A stretch of DNA of 64,000 nt from Candidatus Subterrananammoxibius californiae (GCA_030586555.1 JAURAC010000008.1:1-64000); one strand, 5' to 3'; counted from the stretch's first letter, positions 30,074 through 39,849 are shown. The notes: generated from the letters alone by a model not told the origin. Numbers and translations are program-made.

Positions 30074-30163
30074 GGAGAGGTGCCTGAGTGGTTGAAAGGG
30101 ACGGTCTCGAAAACCGTTGTCCGCCTTTAGTGTGGACCGTGGGTTCGAATCCCACCCTCTCCG
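30074..30163 (+). tRNA. tRNA-Ser(CGA)
   Basis: GGAGAGG/CCTCTCC acceptor, loop CTCGAAA, long variable arm, GGTTCGAATCC, G discriminator. Confidence 0.95.
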
Positions 30164-30183
30164 CTCGTTTTTAAACAAGCAAT

Positions 30184-31521
30184 ATGCGCAAAGCCATTGA
30201 GAATTTTTTCGACTTGAAAACGCTTAATAGCAATATCCGCACAGAGGTAATTGCAGGCGTTACAACTTTTATGACAATGGCTTACATTATTTTCGTAAAT
30301 CCTGCAATGATTTCACAAACCGGGATTGACATCGGGGCGGCGACGATGGCAACGTGTATCGCAGCGGCGATTGCCACGATTATGATGGGTTTTTACGCCA
30401 ATTACCCTATTGCCCTCGCCCCTGGAATGGGAGAAAATGCTTTCTTTACTTACACGGTGTGCCTTACCATGGGTATATCCTGGCAGGTTGCCTTAGGATG
30501 CGTTTTTATCGAAGGCATTATCTTTATTATCCTGACTTTAACCAAAATCAGGCAACAGCTTATGGATGCTATACCGGGTTCCATAAGATACGCAACCGCC
30601 TGTGGGATTGGTGTGCTAATTGCCTTCGTAGGACTTATTGACGCTGGTGTAGTTGTGGGACACCCTGCAACCCTGGTTACCCTGGGTGATTTAATTAGCG
30701 CTCCTACACTTCTTGCGATATTCGGACTGGTTGTAACAGGTGTACTTTTAATTAAGAATATCAAAGGGGCAATTCTTTGGGGAATATTGATAACAGCGGC
30801 GGCAGGTGTTCCGTTGGGTATTGTTAAGTATCAAGGCATAATTTCACTGCCCCCTTCGATGATGCCTACATTTCTTCAGATGGATATCCTGGGAGCGCTG
30901 AAGTTAGGATTGATTTCTATAATTTTTATATTTTTATTTATGGATATATTTGATACCGTTGGAACTTTGGCTGGAGTAGGGGAATTAGGTGGATTCATGA
31001 GGAATGGTAAATTGCCGCGTGCAGGGAGAGCAATGCTTACCGATGCCGTGGGAACCTGTGTAGGGGCAGGCTGTGGTACTCCTACAGTAACCAGTTACAT
31101 TGAGAGTGCCGCTGGTATTGCCTCAGGTGGTCGTTCTGGCTTGGCAAGTGTCGCAACGGGATTATTATTTTTAATAGCCTTATTCTTTTTCCCTTTGATT
31201 GAGATGATTGGTGGCGGGTATCAAACAGAAAAAGGATTTCTTTTACATCCAGTTACTGCGCCAGCGCTAATTATTGTGGGAAGTATGATGTTGCACTCTG
31301 TAACTAAGATTGACTGGGAGGATTATTCTGCATCCATCCCGGCATTTTTGGTAATTATCATAATACCGCTTACCTTCAGTATAGCCACTGGAATTGCCTT
31401 TGGTTTTATAAGTTATGCAGCATTAAAATTATTTACAGGCAGGGGAAGAGAAGTATCCTGGCTGGTGTATGTATTAGCAGTACTGTTTATCTTAAGATTT
31501 GTTTATTTAAAGGTAGTTTGA
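30184..31521 (+). CDS. NCS2/AzgA-family purine permease
   Basis: TTFMTMAYIIFVNP, LAPGMG.NAFF, FDTVGT, YIESAAG. Confidence 0.92.
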   Translation: MRKAIENFFDLKTLNSNIRTEVIAGVTTFMTMAYIIFVNPAMISQTGIDIGAATMATCIAAAIATIMMGFYANYPIALAPGMGENAFFTYTVCLTMGISWQVALGCVFIEGIIFIILTLTKIRQQLMDAIPGSIRYATACGIGVLIAFVGLIDAGVVVGHPATLVTLGDLISAPTLLAIFGLVVTGVLLIKNIKGAILWGILITAAAGVPLGIVKYQGIISLPPSMMPTFLQMDILGALKLGLISIIFIFLFMDIFDTVGTLAGVGELGGFMRNGKLPRAGRAMLTDAVGTCVGAGCGTPTVTSYIESAAGIASGGRSGLASVATGLLFLIALFFFPLIEMIGGGYQTEKGFLLHPVTAPALIIVGSMMLHSVTKIDWEDYSASIPAFLVIIIIPLTFSIATGIAFGFISYAALKLFTGRGREVSWLVYVLAVLFILRFVYLKVV

Positions 31522-31630
31522 GTTAAAAGGAAGCCACAAAAAAGGTTTAGAAAAACTTGAAATCGTCCAATCCGAAAAGTAAACCCACAAAAGGTCAAAT
31601 GTAATTTTAAATAAGAAAAGGGGTGAAAAT

Positions 31631-31996
31631 ATGGCAAGAATGGAGAAAAAAAGTCTAAGGTCGCCAGATGAAATACGTTCCTTCCCCAAGGGGAAGCTCG
31701 AGTTAGTTATGCTCGGAGGCGTTACGTTCGGCAGAGCCACCCTTGAGCCGGGATGGAAGTGGTCAAAATCCATTAAGCCGATAGCGAATACCAAAAGTTG
31801 CGAGGCTCCGCATACCCAATATCATGTTTCGGGACGGTTGAGGGTTCGAATGGATGACGGCACAGAGGAGGAGTTCGGTCCAGGAGACGTATCAGTACTT
31901 CCTCCTGGACACGATGCCTGGGTTGTTGGGAACGAGCCTGTGGTGCTAATTGATGTTACAGGCATGACCCATTTCGCCGAGCAAGCTAAAAAATAG
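31631..31996 (+). CDS. Cupin-domain protein
   Basis: EPGWKWS, SC..PH, PPGHDAWVVG. Confidence 0.85.
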   Translation: MARMEKKSLRSPDEIRSFPKGKLELVMLGGVTFGRATLEPGWKWSKSIKPIANTKSCEAPHTQYHVSGRLRVRMDDGTEEEFGPGDVSVLPPGHDAWVVGNEPVVLIDVTGMTHFAEQAKK

Positions 31997-32107
31997 CAAT
32001 GCCTTAAAAAAATTGGTCTTCAGGGTTTTGTGTGAGTAACCTATCATCATATCAGGGTAAGCTAAGGTTCAGCTTTTTGCTACCCTGTCAATAATATAGA
32101 AAGGAAG

Positions 32108-34105
32108 TTGCTTACGAAGTATTCACTAACTTTTCGTGTGCTTGAGATTATTGCTCTAACAGTTTTTAGTTTCGGCGTACTTGCAAATCTCTGGTTCTGG
32201 TTAAAGGGAAGTTTGAGTAGAACAAGCGGCGGAAGTATTCTCGTAAATGCCTCTTATTTAGTAAAAACGGTTTTCAGAGCATTTGCACGATATACTTTTT
32301 TTAGCCTTGCCGCTCCAGAGATATTCTTTCAACGCAAGCTTACAAAGGAAGATATATCCCGCTGGATAATGCACTTTAGCATGTTCCTGGGATTCTGCAT
32401 CCTTTTCTTTATAGGAAGCCTCGGTAATTATCTTGCTGACCTTGGGCTTGTTTCCCTCAGAAAGGATACCCCATGGTTTGCTTTTATTAATGACCTTGCA
32501 GGCTTACTCCTCCTCTTTGGCATACTCATTCTTATTCTGCGCCGATTTATAGTTAAATTTTCATTCCTTAAGACGTTTCTTGATGATAAGGTAATCGTCG
32601 TTACGCTGTTGGTCTCCCTGACGAGTGGATATTTTGTTGAGGGCTTCCGTTTGCTTGCAGAAGGCGTTGTTCTTGGCACTAATGCCTCATTTGTTGGAGT
32701 TCAATTAGCCCGTATATTTTCTCCGTTTCACCTTGATTGGCAAATCATCCATAAATCTTTCTGGTGGTTTCATACAGGTGTCTCACTGGGCATAGTTGCT
32801 TATATCCCATACTCGAAATTATTCCATATATTCGCCACACCGCTGACTATATTAATTAATACTTCCCTTGAAGAACTTCAACATACGGGCATTCCGCCAG
32901 CCGATAAAAGATTTCCCAATCTCACGGTAAAACAACTCATCGAACTTTCTGCATGTATGCGTTGCGGCGAATGCCTGCGGGTATGCGAGACCTACAAAAA
33001 GCGCTCCGTTGACCCGGTTGCACCAGCATTAAAACTCAAGGATTTTAGGGCATATCTTCTTACTCAATACCTCTCCGGCTGGATTGCAAAGATACTTGGC
33101 GGAAAGACATTTGATGAAACAGCCTTTAGAACCTTTTCTGAGGGCACGTATCGCTGTACAACGTGTGGCCACTGCACGGTTGTTTGCCCTGCGAAGATTG
33201 ACCTTGTAAACCTGTGGCAATCCATAAGAGAGGAACTTGCCGATAAAAAGGTCTATCCCAGCGGTTTTGAGCAGATGCGGGAGGCTATAGCCACAGAACA
33301 TAATGTGGTAAATTACCCAAATGTCGAACGTTCTATGTGGGTAGATTTCATGGATAACCCACCTGAGGATGGGTTTATAAAGCCAAAGGCTGAGGTAATA
33401 TATTATGTTGGATGTATGTCATCTTTTTCGCCTGCCATTCAGGCTATTCCCCAGACGTACTGCAAGCTTTTATTAAAGGCGGGCATTGATTTTACAATCA
33501 TGGGGAGCGAGGAGTGGTGCTGTGGATTCCCGCTTATAGTGGCAGGTATGAAATCACAAATGGCTGTGCTCAAGGAACACAATATAAAAAAGGTTAAGGA
33601 AATTGGGGCGGATACAATAGTATTTAATTGCCCATCCTGCCATCTTACCTGGCAAAAGGAGTATGCACCTGAACTTAAAGGCGTAAGGCTTATGCACTCT
33701 ACCGTGTATCTTGAAGAACTCCTGCGAGAGAAGAAACTACAACCAAAACACACGCCACTTATTGTTACATACCATGACCCTTGCGATTTGGGACGAAATT
33801 ATGGTATATATGACGCTCCCAGAAATGTTATAAAGAGCGTTCCCGGCGTTGAACTCCGAGAAATAAAATGCACAAGGGAAAAGGCGGTCTGCTGTGGCGG
33901 GGGCGGAGACCTCCAGATAACCGATGACCCATTGGCTAATGAAATTGCTGTATCATCGTACACCAAATTATCTGAAACAGGTGCAGACGCAATAATAACC
34001 GCATGCCCCCAGTGCAATCGCATGTTCAGCAGCGCAAAAACACAGGTGAAGGGTAAAGCAGAAGTACTCGACATCTTGCAATTCATACTTAAAGCAGTTA
34101 TGTAA
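32108..34105 (+). CDS. Membrane-bound heterodisulfide-reductase-like Fe-S protein (NarI-like cytochrome b + 2x[4Fe-4S] + 2 CCG domains; HdrF/FadF type)
   Basis: TM His residues (WIMH, WWFH, SKLFH); CMRCGEC and CTTCGHC..VCP; EWCCG, CPSC, YHDPC, CCGGGG, ACPQC. Confidence 0.85.
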   Translation: MLTKYSLTFRVLEIIALTVFSFGVLANLWFWLKGSLSRTSGGSILVNASYLVKTVFRAFARYTFFSLAAPEIFFQRKLTKEDISRWIMHFSMFLGFCILFFIGSLGNYLADLGLVSLRKDTPWFAFINDLAGLLLLFGILILILRRFIVKFSFLKTFLDDKVIVVTLLVSLTSGYFVEGFRLLAEGVVLGTNASFVGVQLARIFSPFHLDWQIIHKSFWWFHTGVSLGIVAYIPYSKLFHIFATPLTILINTSLEELQHTGIPPADKRFPNLTVKQLIELSACMRCGECLRVCETYKKRSVDPVAPALKLKDFRAYLLTQYLSGWIAKILGGKTFDETAFRTFSEGTYRCTTCGHCTVVCPAKIDLVNLWQSIREELADKKVYPSGFEQMREAIATEHNVVNYPNVERSMWVDFMDNPPEDGFIKPKAEVIYYVGCMSSFSPAIQAIPQTYCKLLLKAGIDFTIMGSEEWCCGFPLIVAGMKSQMAVLKEHNIKKVKEIGADTIVFNCPSCHLTWQKEYAPELKGVRLMHSTVYLEELLREKKLQPKHTPLIVTYHDPCDLGRNYGIYDAPRNVIKSVPGVELREIKCTREKAVCCGGGGDLQITDDPLANEIAVSSYTKLSETGADAIITACPQCNRMFSSAKTQVKGKAEVLDILQFILKAVM

Positions 34106-34203
34106 AATGCAATTCCTTTTTGGTAGATAACGATGTTTATCATCGTTGGTTTTCAACGGACATAAAGTCCGTTGAAAACCTTATAATAATCGTGGGAGAG
34201 AAA

Positions 34204-34653
34204 ATGGCTAAACACGAAGAAATCTTTTTGCCCGATGACCTGTATTATGACCGCAAAGACCATCTGTGGGCAAAATTAGAAGGCGGGAAAGTGCGAGTGG
34301 GACTCGATATGTTTGGACAGAAGGCGGCGGGAACTGCCGCTTATATAAAGATACTGCCTGTTGGAAAAACCGTTCAAAAAACACGAGCCTTTGGCTCGCT
34401 TGAGGCTGGGAAATACATAGGTCCCCTAAAAGCCCCTGTTACAGGCAAAATTGTAGAGATAAACAACGAGGTAATTGCAAACCCGCGATTGGTAAATACC
34501 GACCCTTATGGCAAAGGATGGTTTGTAATAATAGAGTCTGCTAATTTTGATAATGACATACACGACCTCGTTCATGGCGCCGAGAACATACAGGCATGGC
34601 TTGATGCCGAATACAAGGACTACATGGAAAAGGGACTCTTTGCAGAAGAGTAG
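34204..34653 (+). CDS. lbpA: GcvH-like lipoate-binding protein (LbpA type)
   Basis: PDDLYY..H.W, EAGKYIGP lipoyl-lysine motif, NTDPYGKGW; no gcvT/gcvP nearby. Confidence 0.75.
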   Translation: MAKHEEIFLPDDLYYDRKDHLWAKLEGGKVRVGLDMFGQKAAGTAAYIKILPVGKTVQKTRAFGSLEAGKYIGPLKAPVTGKIVEINNEVIANPRLVNTDPYGKGWFVIIESANFDNDIHDLVHGAENIQAWLDAEYKDYMEKGLFAEE

Positions 34654-34682
34654 GGGCAGGTCTTGTACCTGCCCTACGAAAC

Positions 34683-35594
34683 ATGAGAAAGATTAATTTC
34701 TATGCGCCGGGTCTAAAACGATATGAGACCTCGGAGCTTTCCCAAAAGAATGCGCATTCGTTTATGCCTGTAAGCATTACAGGCTCTGATTGTACCCTTA
34801 ATTGCGACCATTGCAATGGTGAGCTTCTCAAATTCATGAGACCAGCAAAAACGCCTGAAAGACTCTTGCAAATCTGCCAGACGCTTGCAAAAAATGGTAC
34901 TAAAGGCATTCTCATTTCAGGCGGTTGTGATTCTGCTGGTAGGGTTCCTTTAAGAGAATTTTTCGATTCGATGCGTATGGTAAAACAAACTCTGGGACTG
35001 AACGTCATCGTTCATACTGGTCTTGTGGATAGAGAAATGGCTAAGGGTCTTAAGCATGCGGATATTGATGGCGCACTAATTGACATTATAGGAAGCGATA
35101 GGACAATTAAGGATGTTTACCATCTTGATGCAACCACGCTTGATTATGAGCAATCCCTTGCAAATCTTAATGCCTGTGAAATACCTGTGGTACCCCACAT
35201 CGTGATTGGTCTTCATTATGGTAAAATAATCGGGGAAGAAAACGCCCTCGCAATAATTTCAAGGTTTAAGATTAAAACCCTCGTCCTTGTCATCCTGACA
35301 CCATTACTAAATACAAAAATGGAGAATGTAATACCACCCCCTCCTGAAGAGGTAAAAGATTTCTTCCGTAAGGCTCGCAACATGCTTCCCGATGTTCAGA
35401 TTATCCTCGGCTGTGCACGTCCGATGGGGGAATATAAGGAGCAAGTGGATAAACTTGCAATAGATACTGCTCTTAATGGCATAGCATTCCCAGCGGAAGG
35501 AATCGTCTCTTATGCAAGGGATAACGGTCTTAAACCCATTTTTATGGAAAGCTGTTGCGGGTTTGCTCCTTCAGCAATGAGCAACGAGCAATGA
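34683..35594 (+). CDS. lipS1: Radical SAM lipoyl synthase subunit, LipS1 type
   Basis: SITG..CTLNCDHC, GCARP and C-terminal CC motifs; S1/S2 numbering recalled from the Thermococcus motifs and may be swapped. Confidence 0.7.
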   Translation: MRKINFYAPGLKRYETSELSQKNAHSFMPVSITGSDCTLNCDHCNGELLKFMRPAKTPERLLQICQTLAKNGTKGILISGGCDSAGRVPLREFFDSMRMVKQTLGLNVIVHTGLVDREMAKGLKHADIDGALIDIIGSDRTIKDVYHLDATTLDYEQSLANLNACEIPVVPHIVIGLHYGKIIGEENALAIISRFKIKTLVLVILTPLLNTKMENVIPPPPEEVKDFFRKARNMLPDVQIILGCARPMGEYKEQVDKLAIDTALNGIAFPAEGIVSYARDNGLKPIFMESCCGFAPSAMSNEQ

Positions 35595-35631
35595 GGAACT
35601 CGTTGCTCAGCACTCATTGCTTTGTTAGACG

Positions 35632-36447
35632 ATGTGGCGATACATAGAAGACAATAACGTTTCTGCAAGCTTTGGCTTAGCAGCGGATGAATATTTGGTT
35701 ACTGCGTTTAATCCCCCTCACCCTAACCCTCTCCCTCAAGGGGAGAGGGAAGGGAGAGGGTCTGGCATCCTGAGACTCTATACATACAAATCGCACTGTG
35801 CCCTTGTGGGAAGGTTCCAGGACGTAGAAAAGGAGCTTAACCTTGAGGAATGCAAAAGGCGTGGAATTGCAGTTAATCGCCGCCCCACAGGAGGCGGCGC
35901 AATACTTATGGGTGAAGACCAGTTGGGGATTGCCATCGTTAGCCCTCTCCTTGAAGAAAGTAGGGGCACGGCATGCCGTGCCCCTACAATTTTATTTGAA
36001 ACCTACTCGAAAGGAGTTGCTTTGGGTCTCAGGAGGCTTGGAATTGAGGCAGAGTTTCGACCAAAGAATGACATGCTGGTCAATGGCAAGAAAATTGCTG
36101 GTCTCGCCCTCTTCGTAGAAGATAATAACAACATGCTATTCCATGCAAGCGTTCTTTTAGATATGGATATATCACTCATGTTAAGTGTGCTAAACATATC
36201 GCAGGGAAAATTATCTGGTAAAGGTATAAATACTGCGGGTGGAAGGATAACCACTGTTGCCAAGGAACTTGGCAGGAAGGTATTTATGCGAGAACTCAGG
36301 GATGCAATAAAGCTCGGCTTTCAGGATGCATTCGCTGTGGAATTTAACCACGAACCTTTTAATGTTAATGAAATTACAGCAATCAAGAAGTTGGAGGAGA
36401 GAAAATATAAGGCGAGCGACTGGGTATATAACAGCCTCGACACTTGA
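35632..36447 (+). CDS. Lipoate/octanoate-protein ligase, catalytic domain only
   Basis: LRLY, RRPTGGGA, RPKND, GKKIAG. Confidence 0.85.
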   Translation: MWRYIEDNNVSASFGLAADEYLVTAFNPPHPNPLPQGEREGRGSGILRLYTYKSHCALVGRFQDVEKELNLEECKRRGIAVNRRPTGGGAILMGEDQLGIAIVSPLLEESRGTACRAPTILFETYSKGVALGLRRLGIEAEFRPKNDMLVNGKKIAGLALFVEDNNNMLFHASVLLDMDISLMLSVLNISQGKLSGKGINTAGGRITTVAKELGRKVFMRELRDAIKLGFQDAFAVEFNHEPFNVNEITAIKKLEERKYKASDWVYNSLDT

Positions 36448-36553
36448 GCCGTTTCCTCATCTTGGTGGTATAAGGTAGGCTGAAGGTCTAAAATTAAATT
36501 TACTAAGCTCACAAAACGTTAAAATATCATGTGATTTGTAAGATTCAATAGAG

Positions 36554-36811
36554 GTGTCCAATTTGGCTATAAAAAGAACGCGCATTATTATACCTGAAGA
36601 CCTTGTACAAAGCATTGATGCCCTTGTTGGAAAGAGGAAACGGAGTAAATTTATTACAGAGGCAGCAAAGAAGGAATTAAGTCGCCTGAGGCTGCTAAGG
36701 GCTCTCGATAAAGCTAAAGGCACCTGGTTAGACAAAGACCATCCCGAGCTTGTGCGAAAAGGCGGTACCTACAAGTGGGTGAGAGACCTTCGGAAGATTT
36801 GTGAAAGATGA
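36554..36811 (+). CDS. Ribbon-helix-helix VapB-like antitoxin (orphan)
   Basis: RTRIIIPEDLVQSID..VGKRKRSKFITEA, G.W.DKDHPEL, WVRDLR. Confidence 0.65.
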   Translation: MSNLAIKRTRIIIPEDLVQSIDALVGKRKRSKFITEAAKKELSRLRLLRALDKAKGTWLDKDHPELVRKGGTYKWVRDLRKICER

Positions 36812-37902
36812 TAGAAAGCACAAATAGTTACCCCGAATACATTCGCACAAGTCTTGCCTCCGCTATTGCGCTGAGGTTTAGGTCTGGAAGGTTTTATCGG
36901 GATGTAAAACCTTATTGTGTTAACCTGCTGCTTACCTATCCTGATTACTGCTACGCCAACTGCGCATACTGCGGTCTGGCACGAACAAGACCTGCCAATG
37001 AGGGGAATAAGTCATTCATCCGCGTAGAATGGCCTGTACTTCACACATCGAAGGTAATAGAAAGGATTGCTAAATACCAGCAAAATATAAGGCGTGTTTG
37101 CGTTTCCATGGTGTCGCATCCGATGGCGGTGAGTGATACACTAAATATTACAAAGGCTATTTCACGGTCAAGCCAGATACCAATATCGGTTTTAATTGCT
37201 CCAAATCTCATCAACGAAGAGGGACTCTTAAAATTGAAAGATTCAGGAGCCGATACGGTTGGGATTGGTCTCGATGCGGCATCAAAAGGGGTATTTGAAC
37301 GAACAAGGGGAAAGGGCGTAAAAGGTTCTTTATCATGGGAAAACTATTGGGACGTTTTGGGAAGAGCCGTAAGGATATTTGGTCTTAATAAGGTAAGTTG
37401 TCACATAATTGTAGGAATTGGCGAAACCGACAGGGAACTTGCCGATATATTCTTCAAGATTCATGAACTTGGAGCGCTAATTCATCTCTTTTCATTCTAT
37501 CCAGAGCCTGATTCTAATATGTCAAAGAGGAGAAGGCCCTCGCTCAAACGCTTTAGAAGGGTTCAATTGCTCAGACATCTTGTCGAAACAAACTGTATCG
37601 AACCAGAAGCTTTAGAATTTGGCGCATCAGGAAAAAACATTGGAATTAAGACTTCTAATGGTAAAATAAAAGAGGCGATTGAAAGCGGTTTGCCATTCGT
37701 AACAGGCGGTTGTTGCAGCCGGGGCGCCCAAGCAGTGCTTGGGTCGGGCGATATAGCATGTAACCGCCCGTTTGGAAGCTATCGGCCTGGTGAGCCGTTC
37801 AGGGATTTCCCATTTCATCCGGAGCCGCATGATATAACAAATGTAAGGAAAGAACTGCATCTGGAGGAAATAGCGGTAGACAACGAGGTTTTACCTCGTT
37901 GA
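36808..37902 (+). CDS. lipS2: Radical SAM lipoyl synthase subunit, LipS2 type
   Basis: PEYIRTSLASAI, CYANCAYC, RVEWP, C-terminal TGGC...ACNRP. Confidence 0.7.
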   Translation: MIESTNSYPEYIRTSLASAIALRFRSGRFYRDVKPYCVNLLLTYPDYCYANCAYCGLARTRPANEGNKSFIRVEWPVLHTSKVIERIAKYQQNIRRVCVSMVSHPMAVSDTLNITKAISRSSQIPISVLIAPNLINEEGLLKLKDSGADTVGIGLDAASKGVFERTRGKGVKGSLSWENYWDVLGRAVRIFGLNKVSCHIIVGIGETDRELADIFFKIHELGALIHLFSFYPEPDSNMSKRRRPSLKRFRRVQLLRHLVETNCIEPEALEFGASGKNIGIKTSNGKIKEAIESGLPFVTGGCCSRGAQAVLGSGDIACNRPFGSYRPGEPFRDFPFHPEPHDITNVRKELHLEEIAVDNEVLPR

Positions 37903-37960
37903 AAAATCAACGAACATAAAGTTCGTTGTCTACCGTGGGAGCGGGGAAAGGTAGGAATAA

Positions 37961-38269
37961 ATGTCCGAAAAGCTTGGTATCTTATTAACAACGAGTACTG
38001 AAAGTGAAAATGCCCACACCGTGGTAAAGCTTGCGGAAGCGGCGATTTCCACGGGTAAAGAGGTCAGTATCTTCCTTATGTGTGACGGGGTTTACAATAT
38101 TAACGACCCGAGGTTTAAGGCGCTTGCCGATAAGGGTGTCAGGGTCATTGTGTGTGCGCATAACGCAATTGAACGTAAACAGGAAAGGAAAGATTTCGTT
38201 ATTTGGGGCAGCCAGTACGACAATGCAACCGTGGTAAAGGAGTGCGACCGCTTTTTAGCATTTAATTAA
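37961..38269 (+). CDS. dsrE: DsrE/TusD-like sulfurtransferase
   Basis: IFLMCDGVY, conserved Cys in VCAHNA. Confidence 0.75.
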   Translation: MSEKLGILLTTSTESENAHTVVKLAEAAISTGKEVSIFLMCDGVYNINDPRFKALADKGVRVIVCAHNAIERKQERKDFVIWGSQYDNATVVKECDRFLAFN

Positions 38270-38270
38270 T

Positions 38271-38615
38271 ATGAAAAATGTAGTGGTAATAACCAGAAGC
38301 TCCCCCTTTAATACAGTGCGCAACTCTGAAGCGCTGCGCATGACCGTGGGGCTTACTTTAGAGGATAATAAAATTACCGTCATATTTCTTGAGGACGGGG
38401 TTTATCTTCTTGGGGAAACTAATCCAAAGGTTATATCATCGGGGGAAATACATAAGCATATAGATACACTTCGACTACTCAAGCATACGCTTGTTGCCGA
38501 GAAGGAATCGTTAGATTCAAGACATATTGAAAAATTAAAATACAACGTAAAAATCCTGACACGTGCAGAGATTGCTGATACTATTTCGAAGGCTGATGTC
38601 GTAATACCATGGTAA
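38271..38615 (+). CDS. dsrF: DsrF/TusC-like protein
   Basis: SPF...SEALR, FLEDGVY, ESL..R. Confidence 0.72.
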   Translation: MKNVVVITRSSPFNTVRNSEALRMTVGLTLEDNKITVIFLEDGVYLLGETNPKVISSGEIHKHIDTLRLLKHTLVAEKESLDSRHIEKLKYNVKILTRAEIADTISKADVVIPW

Positions 38616-38617
38616 AT

Positions 38618-38878
38618 ATGCGTATCCTTCATATTGTAAAATCCAAATATGATACCCTTGCTTTCTCAATGGCAAAGGAACAGGCAATAGCCAATGACGT
38701 TTCTATACTCCTTTTGCATGATGCCGTTCTTATTGATAAAGGCAAACTAAATGGCTTAAAGGCATTTGCCTGCAAGGATGACGTTCTGGCAAGAGGTATA
38801 GAAACAAAGTGCCAACAGGTAGATTATTTAGAAATTGTAAATCTTATATTTAGTAATGAAAAGGTGATGAGCTGGTGA
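38618..38878 (+). CDS. dsrH: DsrH/TusB-like protein
   Basis: LLLHDAV, DDVLARG, VDY...V.LI, terminal SW. Confidence 0.75.
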   Translation: MRILHIVKSKYDTLAFSMAKEQAIANDVSILLLHDAVLIDKGKLNGLKAFACKDDVLARGIETKCQQVDYLEIVNLIFSNEKVMSW

Positions 38879-39318
38879 ACACCAAAAATTTAAAGAGTAG
38901 TAAAGGCTGCTGGTATAGCGACGGTTTGCATTTTAAGTGCCAGAGATGCGGCAAATGCTGCCGGGGCGAGCCTGGATATATATGGGTTTCAAAAGGGGAG
39001 ATTAAAAAAATCGCTAATTACCTGGGTATTTCTTTAGATGCGTTTGGAAGAAAATACTTAAAAAAGGTCAACGGCAGGTATAGTTTAGTTGAATTTACTA
39101 ATGGAGATTGCATGATGTATGATAACGGTTGTAACATATACCCTGTACGACCCTGCCAATGTGCCACATTCCCATTCTGGCAAAAAAATCTGCGAACACC
39201 CGCAGATTGGAAAAAGGTTATCCAAATTTGCCCCGGTGTTAGTGACGGACCCCTTTATACCCAGAAAGAAATTCAGAATATAGTCGAAATTCAACAAAGA
39301 TATGACTCCCAAGAATAA
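38875..39318 (+). CDS. YkgJ-family cysteine-cluster protein
   Basis: CQRCGKCC, C.IYPVRP.QC.TFPFW, CPG. Confidence 0.85.
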   Translation: MNTKNLKSSKGCWYSDGLHFKCQRCGKCCRGEPGYIWVSKGEIKKIANYLGISLDAFGRKYLKKVNGRYSLVEFTNGDCMMYDNGCNIYPVRPCQCATFPFWQKNLRTPADWKKVIQICPGVSDGPLYTQKEIQNIVEIQQRYDSQE

Positions 39319-39751
39319 AATAGAACTGAAATTGCAAAGGATTTATAAGGAGCTTGATGAGGAGTTAGCATCCGCCTCAGGCGGATCACCCGGCTGTGAT
39401 GCCTGCGGTGAATGCTGCAATTTTGCCAAGTTTGACCATGTCCTTTATGCAACAACCATTGAGGTGGATTATATTAAAAGAAATGTTTCAGAAGTAGGGG
39501 CACGTTGCAACGTGCCCCTACAATCCGCCTCAGACGGATCCCACAAAGACGTTTGTCCCTTTCTTGTAGACAAAAAATGTTCAATCAGAGATTATCGCAC
39601 ACTTGGCTGCAGGGTGTTTTTCTGCAATCCAAATTACCAACGGAATCTGTCGCAGGAAATTTACAATAAATACTATCGCAAAATAAAGGACTTAGCCAAT
39701 ACGCACGATTTAGAATGGCGTTATGCACCTTTTCTGGAGTTGCTTTATTAA
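39302..39751 (+). CDS. YkgJ-like cysteine-cluster protein
   Basis: CDACGECC, CPFL..KCSI...R.LGCRVFFC. Confidence 0.75.
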   Translation: MTPKNKIELKLQRIYKELDEELASASGGSPGCDACGECCNFAKFDHVLYATTIEVDYIKRNVSEVGARCNVPLQSASDGSHKDVCPFLVDKKCSIRDYRTLGCRVFFCNPNYQRNLSQEIYNKYYRKIKDLANTHDLEWRYAPFLELLY

Positions 39752-39821
39752 GCATAGAAGTAGGTTAAAATACCTGCCTGCCACCCGTTGGACAGGGAGA
39801 AAGAAATTTTCCTAAAAACCT

Positions 39822-39849
39822 TTGCACAAAGCACAGCATGTGGTATAAT
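39822..39849 (+). promoter_or_regulatory. Sigma-70-type promoter before hicB
   Basis: TTGCAC-N16-TATAAT with extended TG. Confidence 0.5.

Noticed and set aside
34204..34653. Glycine cleavage system
   Set aside because: No gcvT/gcvP in the window; motif and neighbours fit an LbpA-type carrier better
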